In this document: piece after piece, positions 47,677 through 56,218 of the stretch
Numbering within the stretch: the stretch's first letter is position 1
How the letters are laid out: the number at the start of each line of letters is the position of its first letter
Assembly (NCBI GenBank): GCA_965218795.1
Contig: OZ244653.1
Coordinates: forward strand, 1,632,001 to 1,696,000
Origin: a bacterium
Lineage (GTDB): Bacteria; UBA8248; JACPRG01; G963555815
Direction of reading: 5' to 3'
DNA length: 64,000 bases
Notes under the pieces: generated by a model
Seen by the model: only the letters and a program-made list of their open reading frames with translations
What the model was told of the DNA's origin: nothing
Databases searched by the model: none
Translations under genes and position numbers: made by a program

Positions 47677-48181
47677 GGCAACCTCCGGCCAGGCTTTCGC
47701 CTGGACCGCATGGGCCGCGCCTGAACATCCGAGACGCGGCAAAGACAGGATGCCGTGTGAATCGCAGCGGCGGGGCGGCGTGCCGCCAGGTCTCCGACCT
47801 GGACCGCATTAGGCACTCGCCTACGGCGAGATGCCGTTGGCCGGCAACGTGCCGGGGGATTTCCGACCCTTGGGTCGCATGGAGAGACGGGGCTTGAGTC
47901 GGTGACTCTTCAGCCTGTGGCTGACCTGACCCTCCACAAAAAAAGCGCGTCCGATTGGACGCGCCACCAAGTCATCGACCTGGACCGGCCACCTCCCGTT
48001 GCATCGCGTTGGCCGCGTTGAGGGCTCACGCCCTGACGCGGCAACGTCCCGTTGCATCGCATTGGCCGCGTTGAGGGCTCCGCCCTGACGCGGCGAAAGC
48101 GCACCGGCGCGTCGCCGGTCGCTTGCGCGACAAGAACAAAGCGACCCAAAGGGTCGCGAAAGTGATCAACCCGGAGGGTTG
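47677..48181. repeat. Hairpin-mosaic repeat R6
   Basis: Same modules, plus a short internal duplication of cccgttgcatcgc..ggccgcgttgagggctc..gccctgacgcggc (~47996 and ~48048). Confidence 0.85.
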
Positions 48182-49225
48182 TCACGCCAGCTCGCCCGTC
48201 GCGTGCCGATTCGTGACGGCGATCCGGAACGGTTTCGTGATGCCCGTCATGCCGGAGGGAGCGGTCTGCGCCTCCTCGCAGCGGCCCGAGACCGAATGTC
48301 CGATCTTGCCGGGGCCGGAAACCGCCGCGTCGCCCCCCGTCAGGATGAGCTGGGGCAGGGAGACGGTCGCCGTGTAGTTGTTGCCGCTCCCCGCGTCCAC
48401 ACCCGAGTCGAACGTCAGGTCGGCCTTGAGGGCGGTGTGGTTGACGACGCGGTCGATCTGCGCGGCGTCGGTGTACTCCGGCAGGGCGAACTCGAACGTG
48501 ACGGTGGGCATGCCGTCCTCGGTCGGTTCGACGATCCCTTGCCGGCCGGCCACGTGATCCGCGGAATGCGGGCGCGTCACGGAGAGCGTGAAGCTTGTGA
48601 TCTGCAAATCGTCCGCGGGGCTGGCGAGCGCGGACCCGCTCTGGGCGTTCAGCCGGAAGGTCAAGTGCCGCGAGAGGACGCGCAGCGCCTTGGAGCGGTA
48701 GGTGACGCCGGCGATGGTCGTGTTGTTGTTGGCGCCCGAGGCGGTGTTCCGGTTCAGGGCGTCGCACCGGGTCGTGACCTCGAAGGTGACCGGCTGACCC
48801 GCCTCGCCGCTGATCGAGAACCCGATGACCTTGGCGCCCGGGAACTCCCAGACCTCGGGGCCCTTGTCGATGGCGACCGTGCCGAAGAGGCCGTCGAGCG
48901 AATCGATGAAATCCAGCGTGTGGGTATAGGCCGTGGCCGCGGCGATCTGCCGGGCCGAGGCCGAGCCCATCCCAAGGGCGATCAACCGCCAGAGGGCGGA
49001 ATCGTACCGGAGAAAGCCGGAAAGGGTTCCCTCGATGTTGACGTCGCCCGCCTCGGAGGTCTGCTGAAAACCGACCCCCGCCTCCTCCGCGATCAGGTCC
49101 TCCGGCGCGCCCGCGCCCAGGCCCTCGCCCGTGAGAAGGAGCCCGTCGGCCGCTCCCGCCGCGACAGGCGTTCCCCAGACGACTCCCTTTTTCAGTCCAA
49201 CGATGACTTCGCGCCCTGTGCTCAC
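48182..49225 (-). CDS. Major tail tube protein
   Basis: KKG..WGTPV, YTHT, G.KV..FSISGEAGQ; position after the tail terminator. Confidence 0.75.
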   Translation of the reverse strand: MSTGREVIVGLKKGVVWGTPVAAGAADGLLLTGEGLGAGAPEDLIAEEAGVGFQQTSEAGDVNIEGTLSGFLRYDSALWRLIALGMGSASARQIAAATAYTHTLDFIDSLDGLFGTVAIDKGPEVWEFPGAKVIGFSISGEAGQPVTFEVTTRCDALNRNTASGANNNTTIAGVTYRSKALRVLSRHLTFRLNAQSGSALASPADDLQITSFTLSVTRPHSADHVAGRQGIVEPTEDGMPTVTFEFALPEYTDAAQIDRVVNHTALKADLTFDSGVDAGSGNNYTATVSLPQLILTGGDAAVSGPGKIGHSVSGRCEEAQTAPSGMTGITKPFRIAVTNRHATGELA

Positions 49226-49599
49226 TGCTGACCCCCTTCCCGGTTCATCGAGGTCTGAAAGACCTCGAGGCGGACCTTTTTTTCACAAGCCTCGAACGCG
49301 GCGACCATCTCGTCGATCAGTTCGGCCTTCTTCGTGTCCCGCGCGTTGAGGAACCCGCCGGCGCAGGCCTCGGCCAGGCGGTTGCGGATCCCGCGGATCC
49401 CGCTCATGGATTTCGCTTCCAGGAACGCTCGGAAAGCCGCGGGTTCCCCGTCGGCCTCGCCGCTCACGTCCGATTCGGCGGGCTGGAAGAACGCCAGGCC
49501 CGCCAAGGCGTCGGCGACCTGGTACTCCTCGCCCGGTTCCAGCTTCCCCAGCGCCGGGTGATACGTAATCCCCCGGCCGGCGTATCTGACCTTTTTCAC
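49222..49599 (-). CDS. Phage hypothetical protein
   Basis: RBS aggagg, GTG start; coupled to the tail tube gene. Confidence 0.55.
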   Translation of the reverse strand: MKKVRYAGRGITYHPALGKLEPGEEYQVADALAGLAFFQPAESDVSGEADGEPAAFRAFLEAKSMSGIRGIRNRLAEACAGGFLNARDTKKAELIDEMVAAFEACEKKVRLEVFQTSMNREGGQQ

Positions 49600-49611
49600 T
49601 CCTGCCTCCTT

Positions 49612-49737
49612 GGGGCAACGTGCCCCTGCGATCTCGCCATCCTTGTGCTTCGCTTGGATGGCCCGGCATCGTGCCGGTTTGTTTTGCCGCGCCTCGGATT
49701 CTCAGGTGCGGCGAATGCGGTCCAGGCGAAAGCCTGG
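49612..49737. repeat. Hairpin-mosaic repeat R7
   Basis: Starts immediately after the TGA of 49738-50178. Confidence 0.8.
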
Positions 49738-50178
49738 TCAGTAGGTCACGTCCTCGCGGACGTCCAGGGTGATCTCTCCGAAATGGCAGAGGGTGCCGGC
49801 GAAACGGGCGTGGCCGTCCCGCGTCACCTGGGGCGGGCCGGAGCTTTCCGCGGACCCGTTCAGGCTGTTGTTCCGCCGCAGGGCGTCGCAGACGGTCTCC
49901 ATCAGGTCGGAGAAGGTCTTCTCCGTGGCGTCGGAATCGTCCAGGGAGTACACCCCGGTGATGCGGACCCGGTGCGTCCGGACGTGCTGCTGCTGCGCCT
50001 CGGCCGCCTCGGTGGACTGCTCCCGCGTGACGGCCCAGACGTGGATCCGCCCCCCGCTGACGTAGAGGGTCTGGAAGCCTTCCGCCTCGACGTCCCACCG
50101 CTGGTAGTCGTGGACAATCCCGATGCCGGCAACGCCTTCCAGAATGGTCTTGATCTGTGTACGGATGTCGGCCCACAT
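49738..50178 (-). CDS. Tail terminator / tail completion protein
   Basis: IR.QIK.IL.GV.GIG.VHDY.R, L..NNSLNG; position. Confidence 0.6.
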   Translation of the reverse strand: MWADIRTQIKTILEGVAGIGIVHDYQRWDVEAEGFQTLYVSGGRIHVWAVTREQSTEAAEAQQQHVRTHRVRITGVYSLDDSDATEKTFSDLMETVCDALRRNNSLNGSAESSGPPQVTRDGHARFAGTLCHFGEITLDVREDVTY

Positions 50179-50242
50179 TTTCCCTCACCCCTCACCCCTG
50201 ACCCTCACCCTGACCCTCTCCCACGGGGAGAGGGAAACAGAG

Positions 50243-50728
50243 CTACCGGTTGAGATCGTCCGCGATGCGCCGGATGCGCCGCTCGAGCGTCCGGAGGGCG
50301 AACCGCCGGATCGGCTCGAGAGACCTCCCGAACATGCCCCGGGGCTTCGTGCCCCTCCGTCCGATGGCCCGGGCGACGACGAACGCCACGCCGCGCGACT
50401 TTTCCCTGGGAACGTTCAGGACCTCCTCGACCCAGGAGACCAGCGCTTCCGGCGGAGGCATCCTGCCCGGCCTCCGGCCTTCCTCGACCGCCGGCCCGTA
50501 GGCCGCCGGCGTTCCCCACAGGACGGCGGGTTGGGGGGAGACCCTGACCTCGCCGAGGATGCGGCTGTGAAGGTTCCCCGTCGCGCCTGCGGGCGTCCGC
50601 TTCCGGATCTCCCGCTCGCCGAAGGCCGCGACCTCCGTCAGAGCCTCTTCCAGGTGACGGCGGATGACGGTCTCGGGGTCCTCGAAGAGCTTCCCCTTCT
50701 TTCGGATGGTCATGCGGATGATCAGCAA
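50243..50728 (-). CDS. HK97 gp10-like tail completion protein
   Basis: TPAGATGNL..I, Y...VEEGRRPG.MPP, IGRRGTKP..MF. Confidence 0.75.
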   Translation of the reverse strand: MLIIRMTIRKKGKLFEDPETVIRRHLEEALTEVAAFGEREIRKRTPAGATGNLHSRILGEVRVSPQPAVLWGTPAAYGPAVEEGRRPGRMPPPEALVSWVEEVLNVPREKSRGVAFVVARAIGRRGTKPRGMFGRSLEPIRRFALRTLERRIRRIADDLNR

Positions 50729-50791
50729 AGTGGAGGCTCCCGAGATGACTGCCGCCGGGCCGGGCGGCCCTGCGACGTTTGACGGCTCCGG

Positions 50792-51523
50792 TTATCGATG
50801 CCTCGATCCGTGAAAGAGAAACGGGCGCCGCCACTGAAAGCCGAGACCGGTATCCACGACAGCCCCCTCGCCCGCCTGACCCGAGTCGTCGCCGACGCCC
50901 TGGTGGTCGAGGAACGCCCGGCGGAACTTTTCCGCCAGCCGGCGGGCTTCGTCCGCGCGGGATCGATAGTCGGTCACGTCGGCGGAGAGACCCGGGTCCT
51001 TGGTGGACAGGTAGCGGGCGGCGATGGCTTCCAGGCAGAAGGCCGCGGCCAGGTTCGCCACGGCCTCCTCGTCCGCCGCGGGGAGCGTGGACTGCGAGCC
51101 GTCCAGCGTATGCCGGGCGGCATAGAAGACGCGGAAGGTCTCCGTTGCCGCCGGCGTTGCGGAACGGAACCGCAGATAGTCTTCCGCGCCGCCCGAAACG
51201 ACCTTCGCGATCACGGCGAAGTCGTCTTCGTCTACGGCCGACTCCGATGGCGAGGCGTCATCCACCGGGTAAACGAGCCGGCGGATATCCGAGAACCCTT
51301 CCTCCCAGGCGGCCAGAACGGCCGAGTCCCCGGTCAGCGGGTAATCGAACCCGCCGTCGCCGGCCGCGTCCTCGATGACGATCCGGGGCCGGCGGCGGGA
51401 GTACTGCTTCACCGCCTCTTGCGTGAGGGCGTCCACGTCTCCGCCGGCCGCTGCCGAGAGGAACGATCCCTTGTCCTGGATCTTCCGGATGACCATGATT
51501 CGAATGTCTGAAATGTTCGCCAC
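50792..51523 (-). CDS. Head-tail adaptor/connector protein
   Basis: A...AV..YSRRRP, EAVANLAAAFCL; position after the capsid. Confidence 0.55.
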   Translation of the reverse strand: MANISDIRIMVIRKIQDKGSFLSAAAGGDVDALTQEAVKQYSRRRPRIVIEDAAGDGGFDYPLTGDSAVLAAWEEGFSDIRRLVYPVDDASPSESAVDEDDFAVIAKVVSGGAEDYLRFRSATPAATETFRVFYAARHTLDGSQSTLPAADEEAVANLAAAFCLEAIAARYLSTKDPGLSADVTDYRSRADEARRLAEKFRRAFLDHQGVGDDSGQAGEGAVVDTGLGFQWRRPFLFHGSRHR

Positions 51524-51612
51524 GTTCGCTCCCTCACCCGGCCTTCGGCCACCCTCTCCCAGGAGGAGAGGGAATTCTTGGTCGCCCGGAGGCAACGCGC
51601 CTCCGCGTCCTC

Positions 51613-51743
51613 GCCAGGTCTCCGACCTGGACCGCATTGGCAACCTCCGGTTGCATCGCGTTAGGCACTCGCCTGCGGCGAGATGCCACCAGCCGACAAC
51701 GTGCCGGGGCGATATGGCCGCGTCTGACAATCCGAGGCGCGGC
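51613..51743. repeat. Hairpin-mosaic repeat R8
   Basis: ccaggtctccgacctggaccgcat, ggcaacctccggttgcatcgcgttaggcactcgcctgcggcgagatgcc. Confidence 0.8.
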
Positions 51744-51763
51744 AAAATCGCCATAGCGCGTCG

Positions 51764-52045
51764 CTATTCGTACCAAACCACGTATTCATTGCCGCCTGAA
51801 TCGATCCCGGCGAACAGGCCGTCCGCGAAGGAGACGCCCGCGGGGAACGTGATATCCGAGAGAGCGCCGGCGGCCGCCGAGATCTCGGCGATTTTCTTGC
51901 CGGCCGCATCCGCGCCGTCATACAGGACGAGGGTGGCCGTATCGTCGCCCCCCTTGAGCTGGGCGCCCCAAAGGGCGCCCGAGGTCGATTTGATGGAAGC
52001 GTCCGCCGTTTTGGCGCCGCTGCTGGTGGCAAGGTTGTATGGCAT
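51764..52045 (-). CDS. Small beta-rich head-decoration-like protein
   Basis: 93 aa, LYDG....G..I..I.......F..GV.F..G; repeat-borne RBS. Confidence 0.5.
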   Translation of the reverse strand: MPYNLATSSGAKTADASIKSTSGALWGAQLKGGDDTATLVLYDGADAAGKKIAEISAAAGALSDITFPAGVSFADGLFAGIDSGGNEYVVWYE

Positions 52046-52047
52046 AA

Positions 52048-52200
52048 GGCAACCTCCCGTTGCATCGCATTGGGCACTCGCCTGCGGCGAGATGCCATGT
52101 GAATCGTAGCGGCGGGTCACCGTCCCCGCCCGCCCCACAAAAAAGCCGGAGTATCTTGCCCCTGCCGCCCAACGGAACCGTCAGGGCGGCGAAATGCCCG
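52048..52200. repeat. Hairpin-mosaic repeat R9
   Basis: First ~80 bp nearly identical to the start of R1 (33687-33768). Confidence 0.8.
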
Positions 52201-52213
52201 TGGCGGCTCACCA

Positions 52214-54307
52214 CTACGCGACGACGGATTTGTACATGCCGCGGTGGTCCAGAACGTCGCCGCCGTAGACGTGCCGGATCTTGTACGTGATGACGTCGGA
52301 GTCGAAGACGCTGCCGACGCTGGGCGCATCCTGAACGAACAACTCGGGATCTTCCCGCCCCTCGAAGAAGCCGATCTCGACGGTCGGGCAGAGGGCCGGG
52401 TCGCAGACGACCGTCCAGTCGCCCGCGTCCGTCCAGTAATCGACGACGATGACTTCCATGCTTTGATACAGGTTCGGCGTCGTCGCGTTCTCGCCTGTGT
52501 TGACGTACGCGGAGGAGGTCGCCAGCCGCCAGGCCAGGTGCTCGAGCTCGTTGGGGACGAGAAGAAACCTGGGCACGATGCCCAGGATTTCGGTCGCCGC
52601 CCCGAAGGCCGCCTGAGAGCGCATGGCCGTGCGGGCCGCGTCCAGTTCCGCGCTGGACAGCGCGCTCGACCCCAGATTGTTGTGGTTGGCGTGGAACAGC
52701 GCCGTGCTGTCGTAATCCAGGGTGGGGTTGTCCTCGATGAAATCAAAGGCGAACCGGTACAGCGTAATGGCGGCGGCCCGGCCCAGCCGCATCGGGATCC
52801 GGCGAATCGCCCCCACGTCGTCATTGGCGATCATCTCGATGGTGAGGTCGTCGGTTCCGCCGCGCTTGGTGGCCGCGTAGGTGACCTCCTCATCGCCCGG
52901 GGAGGTGAGGGCCTGGTACGTCCCGCGCTCCGCGACCGCCGGCAGTACGCCGTAGCCGCCCATCCGCATCCTGCGCTGGGTCCGGAAGTCCGACACCGAC
53001 GTGATATCGCTGACGATCTTTCGCCAGTCGGTCAGCCCGGGGAGGTTGTATTCCGCAATCATCCGGCGGGTGATGGAATCCCCCAGGATCTCCGCCCAGC
53101 CGGAGGTCGACAGCGATTCCCGTATCTTCCGCAGGGCCGCCTCCCTGAGACGGGGGCTGGAGCCGGTTCGCTCGCTCATGTGGTGGGGGTAGGTTTCCTG
53201 GAGGATCTGATAGGCATCGCCCCAGTCGCCCGTCACCTTGCGGTAGGCTTCACGGAAGGACCGGAACCGCGACACCCCGTCGATGTCCCGGCCCGCAAAG
53301 AATCCGTCCAGGGCGGAGCCGAGCTTGTCGCGCGGGTCGTCGCCCGCCTCGATGCCCAACCCGAGCCCCCGGACGTGGCCGCTCTGTTCCACGGCGGCCC
53401 AGACCTTGCGGTCCTCGGCGATTCGAGCGACGAGTTCCGGGGTCTCGAATACCCGGGAATCGAAATCGCGCCGGATGGCCGACTGGACGGGCTGGGGAAG
53501 TCCGCTCGCAGGGAGGCGGCTCTCCAGAACCGCCTGGCACCCGGCCAGACGGGCCTCATGAACGCGGGCTTCCGGGGAAGAACCTGGATCCCCCTGGGGC
53601 GAAGCATCGGCCCGGTCTTCCTCCGGCCATTTGACCGCGATCGCCTGCTCGATCTCTCCAAGCAGATGTTCTTCCGTCGCCTCCTCGGAAACGGAACGGT
53701 TCGGGTCCACCTTTTCAAGCAAAGCCAGCAATCTTTCCTTCATCGTCTCCTCCTCCTGATTCACCGCGGCCGGCCGGTCCGCCGCCACCAGCCGCAAGAC
53801 TGCGCCTCCCGCGGCCGGGTCGGTCACCATGTCCACGGAAAACACCTTGACAATCTCCTTCACCTCGATGACCTCACCTTCCGCCGTTCGGCGGGGCTCA
53901 CACTGCGCCAGGGCGTCGATGGAAAAGCCCACGATGTCGCGCTTGCCCCGCTCCCACGCGTCTATCAGGAGCTCGCGAAGGCGTCCCGCGGCCGGGGAAA
54001 GCTTGAACAGGGCGCGGATACCCCCGCCCTCGAACCTGGGGGCCTCGAACCACCCCACGATGTCCTCGACGCTTCGTTCGGGGCGCTCCTGTATCTCCAT
54101 TCGGGTCGCGTGGTCGGCGAAGGCCTTGACGCCCTCGAAGAGGGGGGCGGCACGGCGCAGGGCATCCTCGGGGTAGAGGTTTCCGTTGGCTGAAAGACCC
54201 GATTCGATGAGGACGACCTCCCACTCGAGACCCTCGCGCCCCTTGACCCGTTCCAGGAGCCTGGCCGTTTCCCGTATCCGTCTGCGGGGCGGGGCCGGTT
54301 GCTTCAT
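52214..54307 (-). CDS. Fused prohead protease / scaffold / major capsid protein (Mu gpT-like capsid domain)
   Basis: N-terminal GLSANGNLYP..L......FEG.KAFADH, GFSIDA, SVDMVTDPAAGG; C-terminal VSDFR, IANDDVGA, LFHANHNNL, P.FLLVP. Confidence 0.85.
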   Translation of the reverse strand: MKQPAPPRRRIRETARLLERVKGREGLEWEVVLIESGLSANGNLYPEDALRRAAPLFEGVKAFADHATRMEIQERPERSVEDIVGWFEAPRFEGGGIRALFKLSPAAGRLRELLIDAWERGKRDIVGFSIDALAQCEPRRTAEGEVIEVKEIVKVFSVDMVTDPAAGGAVLRLVAADRPAAVNQEEETMKERLLALLEKVDPNRSVSEEATEEHLLGEIEQAIAVKWPEEDRADASPQGDPGSSPEARVHEARLAGCQAVLESRLPASGLPQPVQSAIRRDFDSRVFETPELVARIAEDRKVWAAVEQSGHVRGLGLGIEAGDDPRDKLGSALDGFFAGRDIDGVSRFRSFREAYRKVTGDWGDAYQILQETYPHHMSERTGSSPRLREAALRKIRESLSTSGWAEILGDSITRRMIAEYNLPGLTDWRKIVSDITSVSDFRTQRRMRMGGYGVLPAVAERGTYQALTSPGDEEVTYAATKRGGTDDLTIEMIANDDVGAIRRIPMRLGRAAAITLYRFAFDFIEDNPTLDYDSTALFHANHNNLGSSALSSAELDAARTAMRSQAAFGAATEILGIVPRFLLVPNELEHLAWRLATSSAYVNTGENATTPNLYQSMEVIVVDYWTDAGDWTVVCDPALCPTVEIGFFEGREDPELFVQDAPSVGSVFDSDVITYKIRHVYGGDVLDHRGMYKSVVA

Positions 54308-54735
54308 GGCGCCTCCTTTTCGGTTTGTCCGGCGTCCATTTCGATGACCACCCGGTCCCCGGATTCGGGGACGAGGACGATTCGTCCGCGACCGTGGTTG
54401 TAGTGCGTCAGGAGTTGCTCCGCCTTCATGCCGTTTTTGCGCAACGCCTCCGCGAGACCTTCATCATCCGGGCCCCCGATACGGGGCGTTGACGGATTGG
54501 GGGCCCGGCTTTCGGGCCGGACGCGCTTCAGCTCGGTTTCCAGCTCCCGGACCCGTGCGCTGAGCCGCTCGTTTTCGGCGAGGACGACTTTCAGGTCAGG
54601 CTGCGATTTTGAAAACTGGGATGTCGCGCGTTTTCTCGAGGAAGAAGAAAGATGTTTTTTCTGACTCCTCCCAAGCGTCTCTTTCTTCCCTGCTCGGGCC
54701 GCGGGGCTGGCCCGCTTCCGTTTCGGCTCCGGCAT
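54304..54735 (-). CDS. Phage hypothetical protein (basic N-terminus, coiled coil)
   Basis: RBS aaggag; ATGA-coupled to the capsid gene. Confidence 0.55.
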   Translation of the reverse strand: MPEPKRKRASPAARAGKKETLGRSQKKHLSSSSRKRATSQFSKSQPDLKVVLAENERLSARVRELETELKRVRPESRAPNPSTPRIGGPDDEGLAEALRKNGMKAEQLLTHYNHGRGRIVLVPESGDRVVIEMDAGQTEKEAP

Positions 54736-54762
54736 TGCGGTCTCCTTTCGGCCTCCGGACAC

Positions 54763-54796
54763 AAAAAGACCCCGCCGGGTTTTCGCCCGACGGGGT
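54763..54796 (-). terminator. Intrinsic terminator
   Basis: Minus strand accccgtcgggcgaaaacccggcggggt followed by ctttttg. Confidence 0.7.
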
Positions 54797-54864
54797 TGTG
54801 AATTCCATCTAATTGATTTTCTTAGGGACCGTCTGATTTCACAAAATGATGCAAAGGTGTAGTT

Positions 54865-55854
54865 CTATTTTCTTCTCCGTTTTTTTGGATTCCGTCCCAT
54901 TTTCTTCGGACTGTTCTCAACGCCCATAGGTTCTATATGAGCGACGCTAAACTGTCCTCTTCCAACATGATTCTCAATGATCTTAAAGGTTGTAGATTGT
55001 TCAAAGGTTATTCGACCTGCATGAAAAACAGAAAGAATGGCTTCCTGCAAGTCTTGATCATCCTCAAAATGCGTGATTTTGAGGCCACATGCCTCAAATT
55101 TTCGTCTCGAAAGCATTCTTCCATGCGACAGGCTTTTGCTGTGATCCAAAAGGTCATCAACGATTTTTTTGGCTCTTTCCCGTGCGTCTGCTTCATCAGC
55201 TAAATGATATTTCTCAGCCCACTTTCTCACTAGCTCCTCAGCTAATGCTGTTGAGTTTGCGCAAGTTGTCAACAATGCCGGACCATATTGCGGAAGAATC
55301 GGTGCCCAGGATGTGTAATTTCTGCTGTCTTGGTGAAGCTCGCGCTTCGCAAGTTCAAATTGATCGAGGATGGCCTGGGCTGGCAACATCCTCCTTCCTA
55401 ATGGTGTATCCAACAAAACTTGAGGATCTATGGGTCCAAGGAATGAATGTTTACCCATCAGAATTTCATTCCCACTCAGTGCGAGCATGGTGCCAGCCGA
55501 CATCGCGGCGTGAGGAATAAAGAAACGAATATGATCAAATTTCTCTCTGAGGTAGGTCACTATAGATTCGGTCGCCTCTGGACTCCCGCCCGGAGTATGG
55601 AGAATTATGTCAAGTTCTGATCCTTTGAGACCGTGGATGGCCGCCATAAACCCCTGAATATCAGCTACGTCAATCATTAACGAGCTGCCTTCCGGCGACG
55701 GTAGAGGCCACCTGCTCAAGTACTGGATTGTGTTCCTGTTGGTGACCTCGAATAGCTGGTTTAGATACTTTCGGCGGACAATGTCTCGTCCTTGAGTCCC
55801 GTGCCTTGCGACAGCATCCTTTATTTCGTTTAGGATTTCGTTCCAAGAGCCCAT
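54865..55854 (-). CDS. SDH/ClpP-like (S49-related) serine peptidase, AT-rich moron
   Basis: LHTPGG, AMSAGTMLAL, LGPIDPQ, SHGR. Confidence 0.85.
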   Translation of the reverse strand: MGSWNEILNEIKDAVARHGTQGRDIVRRKYLNQLFEVTNRNTIQYLSRWPLPSPEGSSLMIDVADIQGFMAAIHGLKGSELDIILHTPGGSPEATESIVTYLREKFDHIRFFIPHAAMSAGTMLALSGNEILMGKHSFLGPIDPQVLLDTPLGRRMLPAQAILDQFELAKRELHQDSRNYTSWAPILPQYGPALLTTCANSTALAEELVRKWAEKYHLADEADARERAKKIVDDLLDHSKSLSHGRMLSRRKFEACGLKITHFEDDQDLQEAILSVFHAGRITFEQSTTFKIIENHVGRGQFSVAHIEPMGVENSPKKMGRNPKKRRRK

Positions 55855-55863
55855 TCATTCACA

Positions 55864-56073
55864 CTAAAGCGCTGTTCCATTGGATAAAGAGAGCTTTGGT
55901 TCTACCCTGGTCATCGCTGTCAATTTAGCTGCCTCGCGGTTCTCAGCCTGACACATTTCGACCAATTCCATCACTTCGGCCACACCGGGCTCTTGAAGGG
56001 CTTTCTTGAGCAGTTTTTGCTGCTCCTTTTGAAGCTCCTCCGCCTGTCTCCTTTTTGAGGCTTTCTTTTCCAT
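55864..56073 (-). CDS. Small hypothetical protein (moron partner)
   Basis: 69 aa, RBS ggagg, stop 9 bp before the peptidase start. Confidence 0.55.
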   Translation of the reverse strand: MEKKASKRRQAEELQKEQQKLLKKALQEPGVAEVMELVEMCQAENREAAKLTAMTRVEPKLSLSNGTAL

Positions 56074-56218
56074 TGACGCACCCTCCGCACTGGATGTGCA
56101 AGACAGTCAATCAATACTTGCCTTTCGAGAGCATATTAGCTACTCGTCAGCTAACCTGCAACTTGCTTGCCAGAACATTTTACGGCTCAGACACGTTTAA
56201 GGCTATTTCATTCCTGTT

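Noticed and set aside
33687-52200. Integron attC sites (GCGTTAGGC matches the GTTRRRY core)
   Set aside because: No matching RYYYAAC inverse core on the same strand, the GTT is not conserved among copies (attagg, attggg, gtcagg), and there is no IntI
52244-54193. Long antisense ORFs (649 aa here; also 15558-17261, 35897-37315, 56714-57997)
   Set aside because: Shadow frames of high-GC genes on the opposite strand, with no motifs
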